Shown in pieces: positions 20,346-31,233 of a stretch of 64,000 bases of DNA (position 1 is its first letter; each line of letters opens with the position of its first letter). A program made the translations under genes and the position numbers. Where the stretch lies: NCBI GenBank assembly GCA_963662465.1, contig OY759599.1, positions 2,880,001-2,944,000 of the forward strand, read 5' to 3'. Below the pieces are notes generated by a model. The model saw only the letters and a list, made by a program, of their open reading frames with translations, had not been told where the DNA came from and made no database searches. Source of the stretch: Desulfatiglandales bacterium. GTDB taxonomy: Bacteria; Desulfobacterota; DSM-4660; Desulfatiglandales; Desulfatiglandaceae.

Positions 20346-20570
20346 ATGACGATCATTGAAGTAATACCAATCGTTGAGTCGCTTACCCACGCAGATAAGT
20401 TCAAGTTGATGCAATTCCTTCTAGCGCAACTTGCTAAGGAAGAAGGTATACCTTTGCAAACCCAGGTTTCCAAGAAAGGCGATTCTTTGTGGGGGATTGT
20501 AGGTATGGCGGAGGGAGAGGATGAAGAAGTAGCCCGACATCATGATAAGTATCTGTATGGTGAAAAATAA
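20346..20570 (+). CDS. Putative antitoxin (VapB-type)
   Basis: 74 aa ending ARHHDKYLYG; stop overlaps the PIN gene start (TAATG). Confidence 0.7.
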   Translation: MTIIEVIPIVESLTHADKFKLMQFLLAQLAKEEGIPLQTQVSKKGDSLWGIVGMAEGEDEEVARHHDKYLYGEK

Positions 20571-20968
20571 TGCAAAGTATTTTTGTAGACACTGGCGGAT
20601 GGTACGCAGCTATCGTACGTAAGGATCATGATCATAAGACTGCAAAACAGTTTTTGATGAATAATAAATTTCCGTTGATAACCAGTGATTATGTCATGGA
20701 TGAAACTGTTACCTTGCTGCAATCCCGTATAGGGCATAATTACGCTGTAAATTTTTTAGATGCTCTACAAACCAGCCTGCAAATACAATTGATTTACCTC
20801 ACGCCGTCGCACATAGCGGAAACCATAGCACTTTTCCGTAACAGACCCGATAAGGGCTGGAGTTTTACCGATTGCTCATCCTTTGTGCTAATGCATAAAT
20901 ATACGATCCAAATTGCTTTTGCATTTGATGAGCATTTTCAACAAGCCGGCTTTCAAACCAAGCCATAA
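20570..20968 (+). CDS. vapC: PIN-domain toxin VapC
   Basis: FVDTGGW, DET, SFTDCSSFVLM, AFDEHF. Confidence 0.9.
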   Translation: MQSIFVDTGGWYAAIVRKDHDHKTAKQFLMNNKFPLITSDYVMDETVTLLQSRIGHNYAVNFLDALQTSLQIQLIYLTPSHIAETIALFRNRPDKGWSFTDCSSFVLMHKYTIQIAFAFDEHFQQAGFQTKP

Positions 20969-21071
20969 GAAATGCTACTAAATCCATAACAAGGCAAAGT
21001 CACTCGCATGCCAAAAAGTGGTGAGGAAAAAATTTGGCATTGCCAATCAAAAAACAGGAAAGGGACTAACC

Positions 21072-21311
21072 ATGCCCATCTATGAATATAAATGTGAAAA
21101 TTGTAACGAGGAATTTGAAGCCCTTGTCTTTCGAAGCGATGAAACACCCCCCTGCCCCAACTGCAAGGGGGAGGATATCAAACGATTGATGTCCGCATGC
21201 GGTTTCAAAACTGGCGGGGCCGCCGCCGACACCGGAAGCACCAGCGCACCTTCAAGCGGGTCATCCAGTTGTGCGGGATGCACCAGCACCAATTGCAGCA
21301 GTTGCCACTGA
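21072..21311 (+). CDS. FmdB-family zinc-ribbon protein
   Basis: MPIYEYKCENC...CPNC, Cys-rich tail. Confidence 0.88.
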   Translation: MPIYEYKCENCNEEFEALVFRSDETPPCPNCKGEDIKRLMSACGFKTGGAAADTGSTSAPSSGSSSCAGCTSTNCSSCH

Positions 21312-21325
21312 TAAGAGGAAATCCT

Positions 21326-21820
21326 GTGTTCAAAATCGGTTTTGGATATGATGTACACGCCCTGGTGGAAGGCCGGAAACTCATCCTTGGCGGTGTGGAA
21401 ATCCCTCATTTGACGGGACTGAAAGGGCATTCCGATGCGGATGTGCTGATTCACGCCATCATGGACGCCATTGTGGGCGCCCTGGGACTGGGGGATATCG
21501 GCCAACATTTCCCGGATACCGACCCGGCCTATAAGGGGATATCGAGTCTGCGCATGTTGGAAACCGTAGAGGGACTAATGAGAAAGGAGCGCTACCGTTT
21601 GAACAACCTGGACTGCACCCTGGTGGCCCAGGCCCCCAAACTGGCGCCCTATCTCCCTGAGATGCGAAAACAACTGGCGAGGGCGTTAAAGGCAACCGAA
21701 AATCTGATCAACATCAAAGCCACCACCAGCGAAGGCCTGGGATTCTGTGGAAAGCGGGAAGGCATGGAGGCCTTTGCCGTGGTGAGCCTTATTCAAGAGG
21801 AGATTAAAAGTGACGCTTAA
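21326..21820 (+). CDS. ispF: 2-C-methyl-D-erythritol 2,4-cyclodiphosphate synthase
   Basis: GTG start after AGAGGA; GYDVH, GHSDADV, DIGQHFP, KATTSEGLG. Confidence 0.95.
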   Translation: MFKIGFGYDVHALVEGRKLILGGVEIPHLTGLKGHSDADVLIHAIMDAIVGALGLGDIGQHFPDTDPAYKGISSLRMLETVEGLMRKERYRLNNLDCTLVAQAPKLAPYLPEMRKQLARALKATENLINIKATTSEGLGFCGKREGMEAFAVVSLIQEEIKSDA

Positions 21821-23264
21821 ACTATATAATTCAGCAACTCGAAAAAAGGAAGTTTTTCAACCCATGGAGGAGGGAAAGGTCGGTCTCTACGTTTGCGGGG
21901 TTACGGTATACGATCTGTGCCATATCGGGCATGCCCGCTCCACCATCGTGTTCGATATCCTGGCCCGGTATTTACGCGCCAAGGGTTTTGAAGTAACCTA
22001 TGTTCGGAATTTCACGGATATCGACGATAAAATTATTGATCGGGCCAATCTGCTCGGAAAAGAGCCCCGAACCCTGGCACAGGAATTCATCGATGCCTTT
22101 TATGAGGATATGGGCAGGCTGGGCGTCTTGAACGCAGACGTGGAACCCAGAGCCACAGACCATATTGACGGCATGATCGAGATGACAAAACTGCTGATAG
22201 ACCGGGGTTACGCCTATACGGACGGCGGGGACGTCTATTTCTCCGTGGAAGCCTTCAGGGGATATGGCAGTCTTTCCGGCAGGAACCTGGAGGATATGCG
22301 GGCCGGCAGCCGCATTGCCGTGGACGACAAAAAAAGGCATCCCATGGATTTCGTGCTCTGGAAGAGCGCCAAGCCGGACGAACCGGAATGGCCCAGTCCC
22401 TGGGGGCCGGGCAGGCCGGGATGGCACATCGAATGTTCCGTCATGAGCAACCAATACCTGGGATCAACCTTCGATATCCACGGCGGGGGACGGGACCTTC
22501 TTTTTCCCCATCATGAAAATGAACGGGCCCAGTCCGTGTGCGCCAATGGCGGAAAATTCGCTCTCTATTGGGTTCACAACGGCTTTGTCACCGTTGAATC
22601 GGAAAAGATGTCAAAATCGGTGGGGAATTTCCTGACCATTCGAGATGCCCTCAAAATCTACCACCCCGAAGTGCTGAGGCTGTTCCTGTTGTCCAAGCAG
22701 TACCGGAGCCCTCTGGATTTCTCAAAAAAGGACGTGGAGGGGCTTCAATCGGGTTTGGTGCGCATCTATCGGACCTTTCAACGGCTAAATGACCTGCTGG
22801 GACCCAACGAGAAAGAAAACGCATCATCTTCCGGAGAACCCGCTGGCTCGGGTGATTTTTTTGAAAAATTCACCGAAATGATGGATGACGACCTGAACAC
22901 CGCCGGCGCCCTGGGTCTGATCTTCGAAAAGGTCCGGGAGATGAACCGTCTCATGGATCCCGAAAGCGAGGGCGCCATTTCCCAAGACACCCTGGCCCGG
23001 CTCAAAAGCGACCGTTCCCAGGTGTTGAGGGCCGGGGACATTCTGGGGCTATTTCACGAAACCCCTGCTGGCTTTTTCGAACAACTGGCAGGGCCGGCCA
23101 CTGAAATGGACACGGAAAAAATTGAAGCACTGGTGGAAAAAAGATCCCAGGCCCGGGCCGCCAAGGATTGGGCCGCTTCCGATACCATTCGCGATCAGTT
23201 GAAAGCGTTGGGCGTCATCCTGGAGGACGGCCCCCAGGGAACCACCTGGAGATTGGATGTTTAA
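21810..23264 (+). CDS. cysS: Cysteine--tRNA ligase
   Basis: [28 protein letters not shown]. Confidence 0.97.
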   Translation: MTLKLYNSATRKKEVFQPMEEGKVGLYVCGVTVYDLCHIGHARSTIVFDILARYLRAKGFEVTYVRNFTDIDDKIIDRANLLGKEPRTLAQEFIDAFYEDMGRLGVLNADVEPRATDHIDGMIEMTKLLIDRGYAYTDGGDVYFSVEAFRGYGSLSGRNLEDMRAGSRIAVDDKKRHPMDFVLWKSAKPDEPEWPSPWGPGRPGWHIECSVMSNQYLGSTFDIHGGGRDLLFPHHENERAQSVCANGGKFALYWVHNGFVTVESEKMSKSVGNFLTIRDALKIYHPEVLRLFLLSKQYRSPLDFSKKDVEGLQSGLVRIYRTFQRLNDLLGPNEKENASSSGEPAGSGDFFEKFTEMMDDDLNTAGALGLIFEKVREMNRLMDPESEGAISQDTLARLKSDRSQVLRAGDILGLFHETPAGFFEQLAGPATEMDTEKIEALVEKRSQARAAKDWAASDTIRDQLKALGVILEDGPQGTTWRLDV

Positions 23265-25248
23265 GATCCACAGTGACTTTCTTCCCAACGGGGACCAGCC
23301 GCAAGCCATTGACGACCTGGTGTCGGGGCTCGACAAGGGCCTGGCCCACCAGGTCCTGTTGGGGGTCACGGGCAGCGGCAAGACCTTTACCATGGCCCAT
23401 GTGATTGCCAGGACAGGAAAAGCCGCCCTGGTAATGGCCCCCAACAAAACCCTGGCCGCGCAACTGTACAGCGAATTCAACAGCCTGTTTCCCGAGAACG
23501 CCGTTCATTATTTTGTCAGTTATTACGATTACTACCAACCCGAAGCCTATATTCCCCAATCAGATACCTACATCCAGAAAGACTCCAACATCAACGATCA
23601 GATCGACAAAATGCGCCATGCGGCCACCCGAGCCCTTCTGGATCGCGACGACGTGATCATCGTGGCGAGCGTTTCCTGCATTTATGGCCTGGGATCCCCT
23701 GAAACTTACTATGACATGCTCCTCTATCTTGAAACGGGGACCCTCATCTCAAGGGAGGATGCCGTCAAAAAGCTGGTGGAGATCCAGTACGAACGGGGCG
23801 ACATGGATTTCTACCGGGGCCGCTTTCGGGTGCGGGGGGACGTGCTGGACATTTATCCGGTCCATGAAGAGGATCGGGCCGTGCGCATCCATTTCTTCGG
23901 CGACGAGGTGGAAGCCATCCAGGAAATCGATCCCTTGACCGGAAAGGCGATTCAGGGGCTCAGCCGCATCGCCGTCTACCCGGCCACCCATTACGTAACC
24001 ACCACCGATATTCGCGATCGCGCCAACGAACAGATCAAGCTGGAATTGACCCGACAGCTGGCGTATTTCAGGGAACAAGGCAAACTCCTGGAGGCCCAGC
24101 GCATCGAGGAACGCACCCGGTTTGACCTGGAAATGATGGCAGAACTGGGGTATTGCCACGGCATCGAAAATTATTCCCGACATCTGACGGGTCGTGCTCC
24201 CGGAGAACCCCCGCCCACCCTTCTGGATTATTTTCCCAAAGATTTTCTGATGATCATCGATGAAAGTCACATCACCGTCCCTCAAATCACGGGCATGTAC
24301 CGGGGAGACCGGTCCCGCAAGGAGACCCTGGTGAATTTCGGATTCCGGCTTCCCTCGGCCCTGGACAACCGCCCCCTTCGTTTTGAGGAATTTTCATCCA
24401 GGCTGAACCAGACCATCTATGTTTCAGCCACGCCGGGCCCCTATGAACTGGAAAAAACCGAAGCCATCGTGGAACAAATCATTCGACCCACCGGCCTGGT
24501 GGACCCGGAAATCGAGGTAAGGCCCGCCGGGAATCAAGTGGACGATCTCCTGGAATGGATTCACGACCGGGTAAACAAAAAGGAAAGGGTCCTGGTCACC
24601 ACCCTCACCAAACGCATGGCTGAGGATCTCACTGAATATTACGCGGATCTTGACATTCGCGTTCGCTACATGCATTCGGACATTAAAACCCTGGAGCGCG
24701 TTGAAATCATCCGGGATCTCCGCATGGGCGTTTTCGACGTTCTGGTGGGCATCAACCTGCTTCGGGAAGGACTAGACATTCCGGAGGTCTCCCTGGTGGC
24801 CATTCTCGATGCGGATAAGGAAGGGTTTCTGCGATCGGAAAGATCCCTCATCCAGACCTGCGGCAGGGCATCCAGGAATGTGAACGGCCGCGTGATTCTC
24901 TATGGGGACCGTATCACGAACTCCATGAGACGGGCCATGGAAGAAAGCAGCAGACGCCGAATGCTTCAATTGCAATACAACCGCGAGTACCACATCACGC
25001 CTGAAACCATTCGCAAGGACATTGGCGCCATCCTGGGTTCCCCCTATGAAGCGGATTATGTGACGATCCCCATGGCTGCGGAAGAAGAGGCATCTTACCT
25101 TTCACCGAATCAACTGGAAAAGGTCATCGAAGACTTAAAGGATAAGATGAAAAAAGCGGCCAAAAACCTGGCCTTTGAGGAAGCCGCCATGTTTCGGGAT
25201 CGCATCAAAGAACTGGAGAAACAGGAGCTGGAGCTGCTGAGTATCTAA
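23257..25248 (+). CDS. uvrB: Excinuclease ABC subunit UvrB
   Basis: [33 protein letters not shown]-terminal UVR domain. Confidence 0.98.
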   Translation: MFKIHSDFLPNGDQPQAIDDLVSGLDKGLAHQVLLGVTGSGKTFTMAHVIARTGKAALVMAPNKTLAAQLYSEFNSLFPENAVHYFVSYYDYYQPEAYIPQSDTYIQKDSNINDQIDKMRHAATRALLDRDDVIIVASVSCIYGLGSPETYYDMLLYLETGTLISREDAVKKLVEIQYERGDMDFYRGRFRVRGDVLDIYPVHEEDRAVRIHFFGDEVEAIQEIDPLTGKAIQGLSRIAVYPATHYVTTTDIRDRANEQIKLELTRQLAYFREQGKLLEAQRIEERTRFDLEMMAELGYCHGIENYSRHLTGRAPGEPPPTLLDYFPKDFLMIIDESHITVPQITGMYRGDRSRKETLVNFGFRLPSALDNRPLRFEEFSSRLNQTIYVSATPGPYELEKTEAIVEQIIRPTGLVDPEIEVRPAGNQVDDLLEWIHDRVNKKERVLVTTLTKRMAEDLTEYYADLDIRVRYMHSDIKTLERVEIIRDLRMGVFDVLVGINLLREGLDIPEVSLVAILDADKEGFLRSERSLIQTCGRASRNVNGRVILYGDRITNSMRRAMEESSRRRMLQLQYNREYHITPETIRKDIGAILGSPYEADYVTIPMAAEEEASYLSPNQLEKVIEDLKDKMKKAAKNLAFEEAAMFRDRIKELEKQELELLSI

Positions 25249-26126
25249 TGGCCAAATCAACCCCAAAACACGAAAATAACGCCAAGCAAAAGACCCGGAA
25301 AACACGGGAGAAAACCGCCGCTACGGAGAATGACCGCCTCATCCCCGGATTTCACGCCGTCCGGGAAACCCTGCGCCTCGGACGGGGGGCTCTGGCTGAA
25401 ATCTGGATCAGAGAGGGAAAACGATCGGTAAGAATCGAAGAAATCATTCAAATGGCGGAAATCCAGCGCATCCCTCTTTACTTCAAAAAAGATTCGGAAC
25501 TATCCGGAATATTTTCGCGTATTGCGCACCAGGGCATTGTGGGGGTAGCGAAGGCCTTTGCCTACGCCGATTTTCATGGCATCATGCGCCGTTCCCTTCA
25601 GGAAGATCCTCCCAGCCTCCTTCTGGCGGCAGACCACATCACCGACGAGGGAAACCTGGGGGCGCTCATTCGAACAGCCGCTTTCTTCGGAACCCACGGC
25701 CTCATCATCCCCAAAGACCGGTCGGCCCAGATCACACCCGCCGTTTTGAAACGTGCCTCGGGGGCGCATCTGCGTCTTCCCACGGCGCGGGTCACCAACC
25801 TGGGCCGAGCCCTCGATGATCTATCGGAAAAGGGATTCTGGATCATCGGAACCGCCGGGGAAGCGGAATCATCCATTTACGATTTTGACTGGAAGCGACC
25901 CCTGGTCCTGGTTCTCGGCAGCGAACAGAAAGGACTGAGTCCATCCACCCGCAAACGATGTCATCAACTGGTGCGCATTCCGTCCCCGGGGAATGTGGAA
26001 TCCCTCAACGTATCGGTGGCCGGCGGCGTCATCCTGTCGGAAATATGCCGACAAAGGCAACTCAGAACGGTGGGCCAAAAACTCATCAGGGATGAACGTC
26101 TTGACTCGGAAAAAGGACAACCCTGA
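25248..26126 (+). CDS. rlmB: 23S rRNA Gm2251 methyltransferase RlmB (SpoU family)
   Basis: HQGIV, DEGNLGALIRTA, GSEQKGL, ESLNVSVA. Confidence 0.9.
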   Translation: MAKSTPKHENNAKQKTRKTREKTAATENDRLIPGFHAVRETLRLGRGALAEIWIREGKRSVRIEEIIQMAEIQRIPLYFKKDSELSGIFSRIAHQGIVGVAKAFAYADFHGIMRRSLQEDPPSLLLAADHITDEGNLGALIRTAAFFGTHGLIIPKDRSAQITPAVLKRASGAHLRLPTARVTNLGRALDDLSEKGFWIIGTAGEAESSIYDFDWKRPLVLVLGSEQKGLSPSTRKRCHQLVRIPSPGNVESLNVSVAGGVILSEICRQRQLRTVGQKLIRDERLDSEKGQP

Positions 26127-26355
26127 CGCCTATGTCATGGACAGGGGAACCCTCAATTTAAAATGCGACGAAACCATTTCCCTGAGCGGCACTCAAATCC
26201 TCTATCAGGGAGGACTCAACCCGGATCTCGATCTTTCCCGGCATAAGCAATTTGAGGCGGTTTAGCGGGACACCCTGTATCAACCGGTAGAAAGTGGACT
26301 ACACCGCCAAATGGGGCACGGAAGGATACGACCGGGGATGGCCGGAACTGATTAA
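26064..26355 (+). pseudogene. mqnC: Collapsed remnant of radical-SAM cyclic dehypoxanthine futalosine synthase (MqnC-like)
   Basis: Three joined pieces: KLIRDERLDSE (N-terminus-like), RKKDNPDAYVMD...DETISLSGTQILYQGGLNPDLDL (middle), FEAV*RDTLYQPV (C-terminus-like); the CxxxCxxC motif is absent. Confidence 0.6.
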
Positions 26356-26362
26356 ACAGGCT

Positions 26363-26761
26363 CTAAACCCCGCTGTTGATAAGCGAAACCTGATCATTAA
26401 GGGTCCACAAATCATACAGATACCCGAGGCCGAATACGCCGCCCGTCAGCAGGTACAAAAGTCCTGTCAGCCATTTTTCCATGTAAAAACGGTGGATACC
26501 GAATAACCCGAGAAAGGTGAGCAGTATCCATGCTACCGTGTAATTGAGATTTCCGCTGCGGAACCGGAAATCGGCCTGGCGGTCCATGGACGGGATGAGA
26601 AAAAAATCGATAATCCAGCCGATAAAGAAGAGCCCCAGGGTAAAAAACCAGATGGTCCCTGAAACGGGTTTGCCGTAGTAAAACCGATGGGAACCCGTGA
26701 AACCGAAAATCCAAAGAATATAGCCGATTAATTTGAGATGTGTGTCGTTTGAATGATCCAT
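26363..26761 (-). CDS. TM2/NINE-domain membrane protein
   Basis: Two repeats: GFTGSHRFYYGK and GLFGIHRFYMEK. Confidence 0.88.
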   Translation of the reverse strand: MDHSNDTHLKLIGYILWIFGFTGSHRFYYGKPVSGTIWFFTLGLFFIGWIIDFFLIPSMDRQADFRFRSGNLNYTVAWILLTFLGLFGIHRFYMEKWLTGLLYLLTGGVFGLGYLYDLWTLNDQVSLINSGV

Positions 26762-27069
26762 GAACGTTTTCCTTTCAAGACCTTCTTCTAAAGCAAATCG
26801 TAAAAAATGCGCTGTTGCGTATCGACTAAAACTGGATTTACGCCTCAGTTTTCCGCTATCAGGCGGAGGATCATAGTCGCCCCTTTTTCAACTCCTCATC
26901 CCGCAAAACGCAGCGTAGGACTTTCCCGACATCCGAAATTCGGACTCACCGCCACGGTACAGGCCCGCTTCCATTCCGGATTTCGCATGAGGGTGTTGAC
27001 ATTATAGTCCATATGCCTTCCGGCGTTCGGGATCATGGGAAATTCGTCGGGCATCCAAAACCCCTGGGT

Positions 27070-27340
27070 TTCATTTTTTTTAAGCCAAAGTTTTTTTATA
27101 TGACTTTTCAACCAGCGCGACAACAGGTTTTATCCCTTTCCATGTCATCGTACATGCCTAATTGGCTGCGTTTGCTCTTGAATCCGATATTTCTCCGTTC
27201 CAATGCTCGGCCGATATTCCTCAACATCTTTCAATTGGATTGTACCGCTATGATAGGGAGGATAATAGACCAGGCGGATTCGCAAACCTGTTTTGTCACT
27301 GAATTCGGTGATGCTGCGAATGAATTGAGTCCAAGCGCTT
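27070..27340 (-). pseudogene. ISAzo13-family transposase C-terminal fragment (frameshifted, in-frame stops)
   Basis: TQFIRSITEFSDKTGLRIRLVYYPPYHS, frameshift, then YNPIERC*GI...HWNG...TMTWKGIKPVV. Confidence 0.8.
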
Positions 27341-27385
27341 GCCGCTTCCCAAATTGATCCCACATATTTTGTGGTTCAATTTTTA

Positions 27386-27414
27386 TTGACACCCAGACGC
27401 GCTTCCACTACATT
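27386..27414 (+). promoter_or_regulatory. Putative sigma70 promoter
   Basis: TTGACA-17 nt-TACATT about 50 nt upstream of the serine hydrolase. Confidence 0.5.
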
Positions 27415-27463
27415 TTTTCCTTAAAAAAATCGAGTTTTATCGTCAATATTATAGGAGCAAACA

Positions 27464-29647
27464 ATGAAGCGAATTTTCGTAATGGTATTTTGTTTTTTCT
27501 TTGCCGCGATTTTGTGCTGTTGCAGCAACTCTTCCGATACTTCCCAAACGTCAACATCCTATACGCAAACCATTGTTGCTACAAGGGCCTTCATCGAATC
27601 TCAAATGAGCGAAAAGCAAATTGTCGGCCTCAGCATTGCACTGGTGGATGGGGAAAGACAGGACCTGGAGAAAGTGGTCTGGAGCCAGGGATTTGGCATG
27701 GCGGACAAGGAAAATGGAAAGCAGGCTTCCGCTGAAACCCTCTATTCCATCGGGAGCTGCGGAAAGACCATGACGGGTGCTGCGCTTCTGAGGCTGAAAG
27801 ATGAAGGCAGGATCGACCTGGACATGCCGGCCTCCGCTTACATCCCAGATTTTTCCCTTCAAATCCGCTATCCCGACATCGACCAGAATGACCGGATCAC
27901 CATCCGAAGCCTGCTGACCATGCACGCCGGCGTTCCCGGCGATCTTTACAACGGATCTATCATTTTAACGCCGCCGTGGTACAATCGCTATATGGGATGG
28001 CTTCTGCCATATCTTAGAACGGACTACCCGTCGCATCCGCCGGGCGCCCTTGCATCCTATTCCAATACCGGTTTTGTGGTGGCGGGTCATGCAGCCTATC
28101 TAGCGGGACGTTTGGATGACGAAACCGATTTTCAAGGTTTTATGAAGAGGTTCCTTCTGGAACCCCTCGACATGACATCGAGCTGGTATGACGTCACTGA
28201 AGTGGACCCCTCGAAACTCGCTGTTCCCTATGAAGGAGGCGATCCCCAAATGCCGTTCAATTTCAACGTGCCCGCCACCGGGGGGCTTTATTCCAATGTC
28301 ATGGACATGTCCAAATTCCTTCTCATGTTATTGAATGATGGTGTTCTTGAGGGTGGAGATCGCTATCTTGAAGCTGAAACGGTTCGGGAAATGGGACGGA
28401 TGGACCCAACGGCCCTGGATACATCCAGTTTCTATCAACCCGGTCTGGGGCTGGACAGCGCTTCACTACCCGCCTTTTTCGGCGTCGCGCCGAACCAGGG
28501 AAATTATGGTCGTGCCTGGGCGAAAAACGGATCGGATTCGCGTTACAATGCCATGCTCATGTTGCTGCCCAATGCCGGGCAGAAACTGGGTGTTGTGGTG
28601 CTAAGCAATTCCGATACGGCTGGAAGCGCCGTGTACGCCATTGCACAGGAATGTCTCAGGGAAGCGGTCAAAGAGAAGCTGGGGTTGTCTCAAAATCCCG
28701 AACCCAAACCACTTCCGGATTTTTCGGCGGAAGCCATTACAGACGAATCGGAAATCGCGGGGCTTTACGGCGTAAAGTCGCTCGGCTATTATCGCATTGA
28801 AAACAGGGAAGATGGTTTATTCTGGTTCACGCAGCCTTTTTACGACCCTGCTAAAGGCAAGTTGCTGACGTTGAAACCGGACGGCAGCAACGCTTTTTCC
28901 GTGGAAGATGAAACCTGGGATGTGGTGTTTGTGGATCGAACGGATATCTACGGAACAAAATATCGTCTCATGATAAGAGTTGGCGGCGAGGAGGAATCTG
29001 CCGGCCCCAATGTGGTGTACACAATGGGACAGAAAATAAGGTCACCGGAGCCCCTGCCGGATAAGTGGCGGCAGCGCATCAACCAAATGTATGTAGCTGA
29101 TCAGATGATCGGCCTTTACTCTCTTCTTGATCCTTATCTGACATTTTTTTACAGAGATGGTTTGCTTTTGGCCCAGACTCCCATCAGCCTGCACGTTATT
29201 TATCCCCAAGATGACGATCTTGCATTTATAGGCGACATTATGAGTCGCGGCGATGGCGCCATTGCCGTCAGCTACCAGGACGAAAATGAAAGTCTTTATT
29301 CAATGCTCAATCAATTTTTGTCCCTGGATCAAGTGGAAGAATACGCATTGGGAGAGCAGGAGTTTTTCAATATCAAAGTCCGTGAAGACCTCCCCCTTAG
29401 TGTATGGCGTAAGATTACAGTAACTCAGGAAAGTCCTTTTGCGGGCCGGAAGATCAGATTTGTTGTAACCCCCGGCCATGACACCGACGTTTACAGCTTG
29501 TTTGACGCAAATCTGACTAACGTGGGCATGGGCATCGGAGAACAGAGCGCTGTTTTCACACTCAATCCCGGCATCTATTATCTGGCCATTGATCCGGCGG
29601 TGAATTCCACCGGAAAGGCTAACCTGAACAGCGAAATAGTGCAATAA
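27464..29647 (+). CDS. Exported serine hydrolase (beta-lactamase/class C-like) with a long C-terminal extension
   Basis: Probable lipoprotein signal; SxxK (SCGK), LLTMHAG, YSN, KNG. Confidence 0.85.
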   Translation: MKRIFVMVFCFFFAAILCCCSNSSDTSQTSTSYTQTIVATRAFIESQMSEKQIVGLSIALVDGERQDLEKVVWSQGFGMADKENGKQASAETLYSIGSCGKTMTGAALLRLKDEGRIDLDMPASAYIPDFSLQIRYPDIDQNDRITIRSLLTMHAGVPGDLYNGSIILTPPWYNRYMGWLLPYLRTDYPSHPPGALASYSNTGFVVAGHAAYLAGRLDDETDFQGFMKRFLLEPLDMTSSWYDVTEVDPSKLAVPYEGGDPQMPFNFNVPATGGLYSNVMDMSKFLLMLLNDGVLEGGDRYLEAETVREMGRMDPTALDTSSFYQPGLGLDSASLPAFFGVAPNQGNYGRAWAKNGSDSRYNAMLMLLPNAGQKLGVVVLSNSDTAGSAVYAIAQECLREAVKEKLGLSQNPEPKPLPDFSAEAITDESEIAGLYGVKSLGYYRIENREDGLFWFTQPFYDPAKGKLLTLKPDGSNAFSVEDETWDVVFVDRTDIYGTKYRLMIRVGGEEESAGPNVVYTMGQKIRSPEPLPDKWRQRINQMYVADQMIGLYSLLDPYLTFFYRDGLLLAQTPISLHVIYPQDDDLAFIGDIMSRGDGAIAVSYQDENESLYSMLNQFLSLDQVEEYALGEQEFFNIKVREDLPLSVWRKITVTQESPFAGRKIRFVVTPGHDTDVYSLFDANLTNVGMGIGEQSAVFTLNPGIYYLAIDPAVNSTGKANLNSEIVQ

Positions 29648-29686
29648 TTCCAGGAATCATTGCTGTTTTTATAAGGAGACAACCCA

Positions 29687-30001
29687 ATGAAAAATTTCCG
29701 AAACAAGCCGGCATCATCCGCGGCCTTTTTCTTGTACCTATCTATTATTCTACTGAGCTTCGGGTGCAGCGACTCCACCGATTCCAATTCGGGAGCAATT
29801 TCCGGTCAAATCTCCGCATACGAGATAACAACAGAGGGCGATATCTATGTACTTGCAATCAAGGCCGATGACTTGGCGCACATCAGGAATATGGAAACCG
29901 AAGCGTATCCTTATAAATCTCAATATGCCGCGGGTTACCGGAAACTCACCGGACAGGGCGCCTATATCATAGCAGGTCTCGAATCCGGAAAATATATTTG
30001 A
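29687..30001 (+). pseudogene. Lipoprotein truncated at the IS1634 remnant
   Basis: RBS AAGGAG; lipobox SFGC; ORF ends where transposase-like sequence begins. Confidence 0.55.
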
Positions 30002-30886
30002 TGATCGGCTGGCCGACACCTTGGATGCGATATTCAAGTATGACATCGGCAACCTGGAAATTCTTTTGACTCAGAGAATGATCAATGTATTCCAAATCAT
30101 CAATGATATCTGTCACAATACAAAAATCAGATCAACCGCAGTTTTGACATACCTCTTACGGTTTCCCATGAGGATAAAGATTATCCGTTTCGAATGATTA
30201 TCCTCTATGACCACGGTTTGTTTGCCAGAAAACGGCGAACGTTTGAAAACCGTATTGAAAAGACAAAGGTTGCTTTTAAAGAACTCAGCACGAAACTAAA
30301 TCAACGCAACTTGAAAACCAAAGAAGCCATTGATGAAGCATGCGCCTCAATTTTGAAAAAGAACAGCACAGCTGAACTATTTGAATATGAAATAAAAAAT
30401 GACCTTATTACCACTTATAAAAATGCCAAAAGAGGTCGTCCGGCAAAAGGCAAAAAGCATGAAAAAATACCGGTTGTCAAGGATCATTTCAGCGTGAAAC
30501 TTGTTTTCAACGAAACAGCTTCTGAAACGGCTCTGTATCGATGCGGCTATTATCCGCTGATAACGAATAAATCCGAAGACGATCTATCCATTCAAGATGC
30601 AATGATGGCTCACAAGAATCAGTACAAAAGTGAGCATACCAACCGCAGAGCAAAAAGCAGTTACAACCTTGAACCAATTTATCTGCATACCCCTGAGCGA
30701 ATTGAAGCGTTGCTGTTTCTTTTCAAAATTGCTTTGCAAGTCATTGTACTCATCGAAAGAACAGCCAGAAAAAATATCGACGAAAGAAACAGAGGGCTCG
30801 ACAACTTCATGCCCAACAAAAGGGACGTTCGCAATCCAAGAACAGAATATCTCCTGCGCGAATTTCAGTACGTAGTAAAGGTGAGC
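29995..30886 (+). pseudogene. IS1634-family transposase remnant with an internal deletion
   Basis: FDDRLADTLDAIF...ICHN joined directly to the C-terminal half (KRGRP, GYYPLITN, HKNQYKSEH, PIYLHTPERIEALLF). Confidence 0.75.
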
Positions 30887-31075
30887 AGCCTTTATTTCTT
30901 CCCTACCCGTCAGTAAATCCTGGATAAAGGGTAATGGAAGATCCGGATTCTCTTCAATCATTTGTCCTATTTTTGCCCAGTATTCAATTTGACCGGCGAT
31001 CGATCTTTTAAAAACCTTTGACTTTATCCTGGCTTTATCAAATAAATCGTCAGGCACTTTTACGGCTGTCGCCAT
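30887..31075 (-). pseudogene. ParD-like antitoxin, 3' end abutting the IS1634 remnant; no toxin gene
   Basis: MATAVKVPDDL...RSIAGQIEYWAKIGQMIEENPDLPLPFI; RBS GGAGG; reads on into antisense IS sequence. Confidence 0.7.
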
Positions 31076-31233
31076 AATTCACCCTCCAAGAATTATTTTT
31101 CAGTTTCAGTTTAACCCTCAAGGTTGCATTTCACAATCAATTTCCAGCTTTTTTCCGTGGAAGGCAAAAACCTTTTCATGATAGGATGAAGATGATCGAC
31201 CAACCAACCCAACACAACCCCGGGAGGAAAACC

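Noticed and set aside
26896..27060. Possible LeuD-like fragment (PNFGC)
   Set aside because: Only a 4-5 residue resemblance; the conserved GSSRE is missing.
17311..27340. Selenoprotein (TGA readthrough) candidates near selA
   Set aside because: No ORF with a TGA at a Cys-like position continuing in frame was found; the TGA in the ISAzo13 remnant replaces a Trp in a decayed gene.
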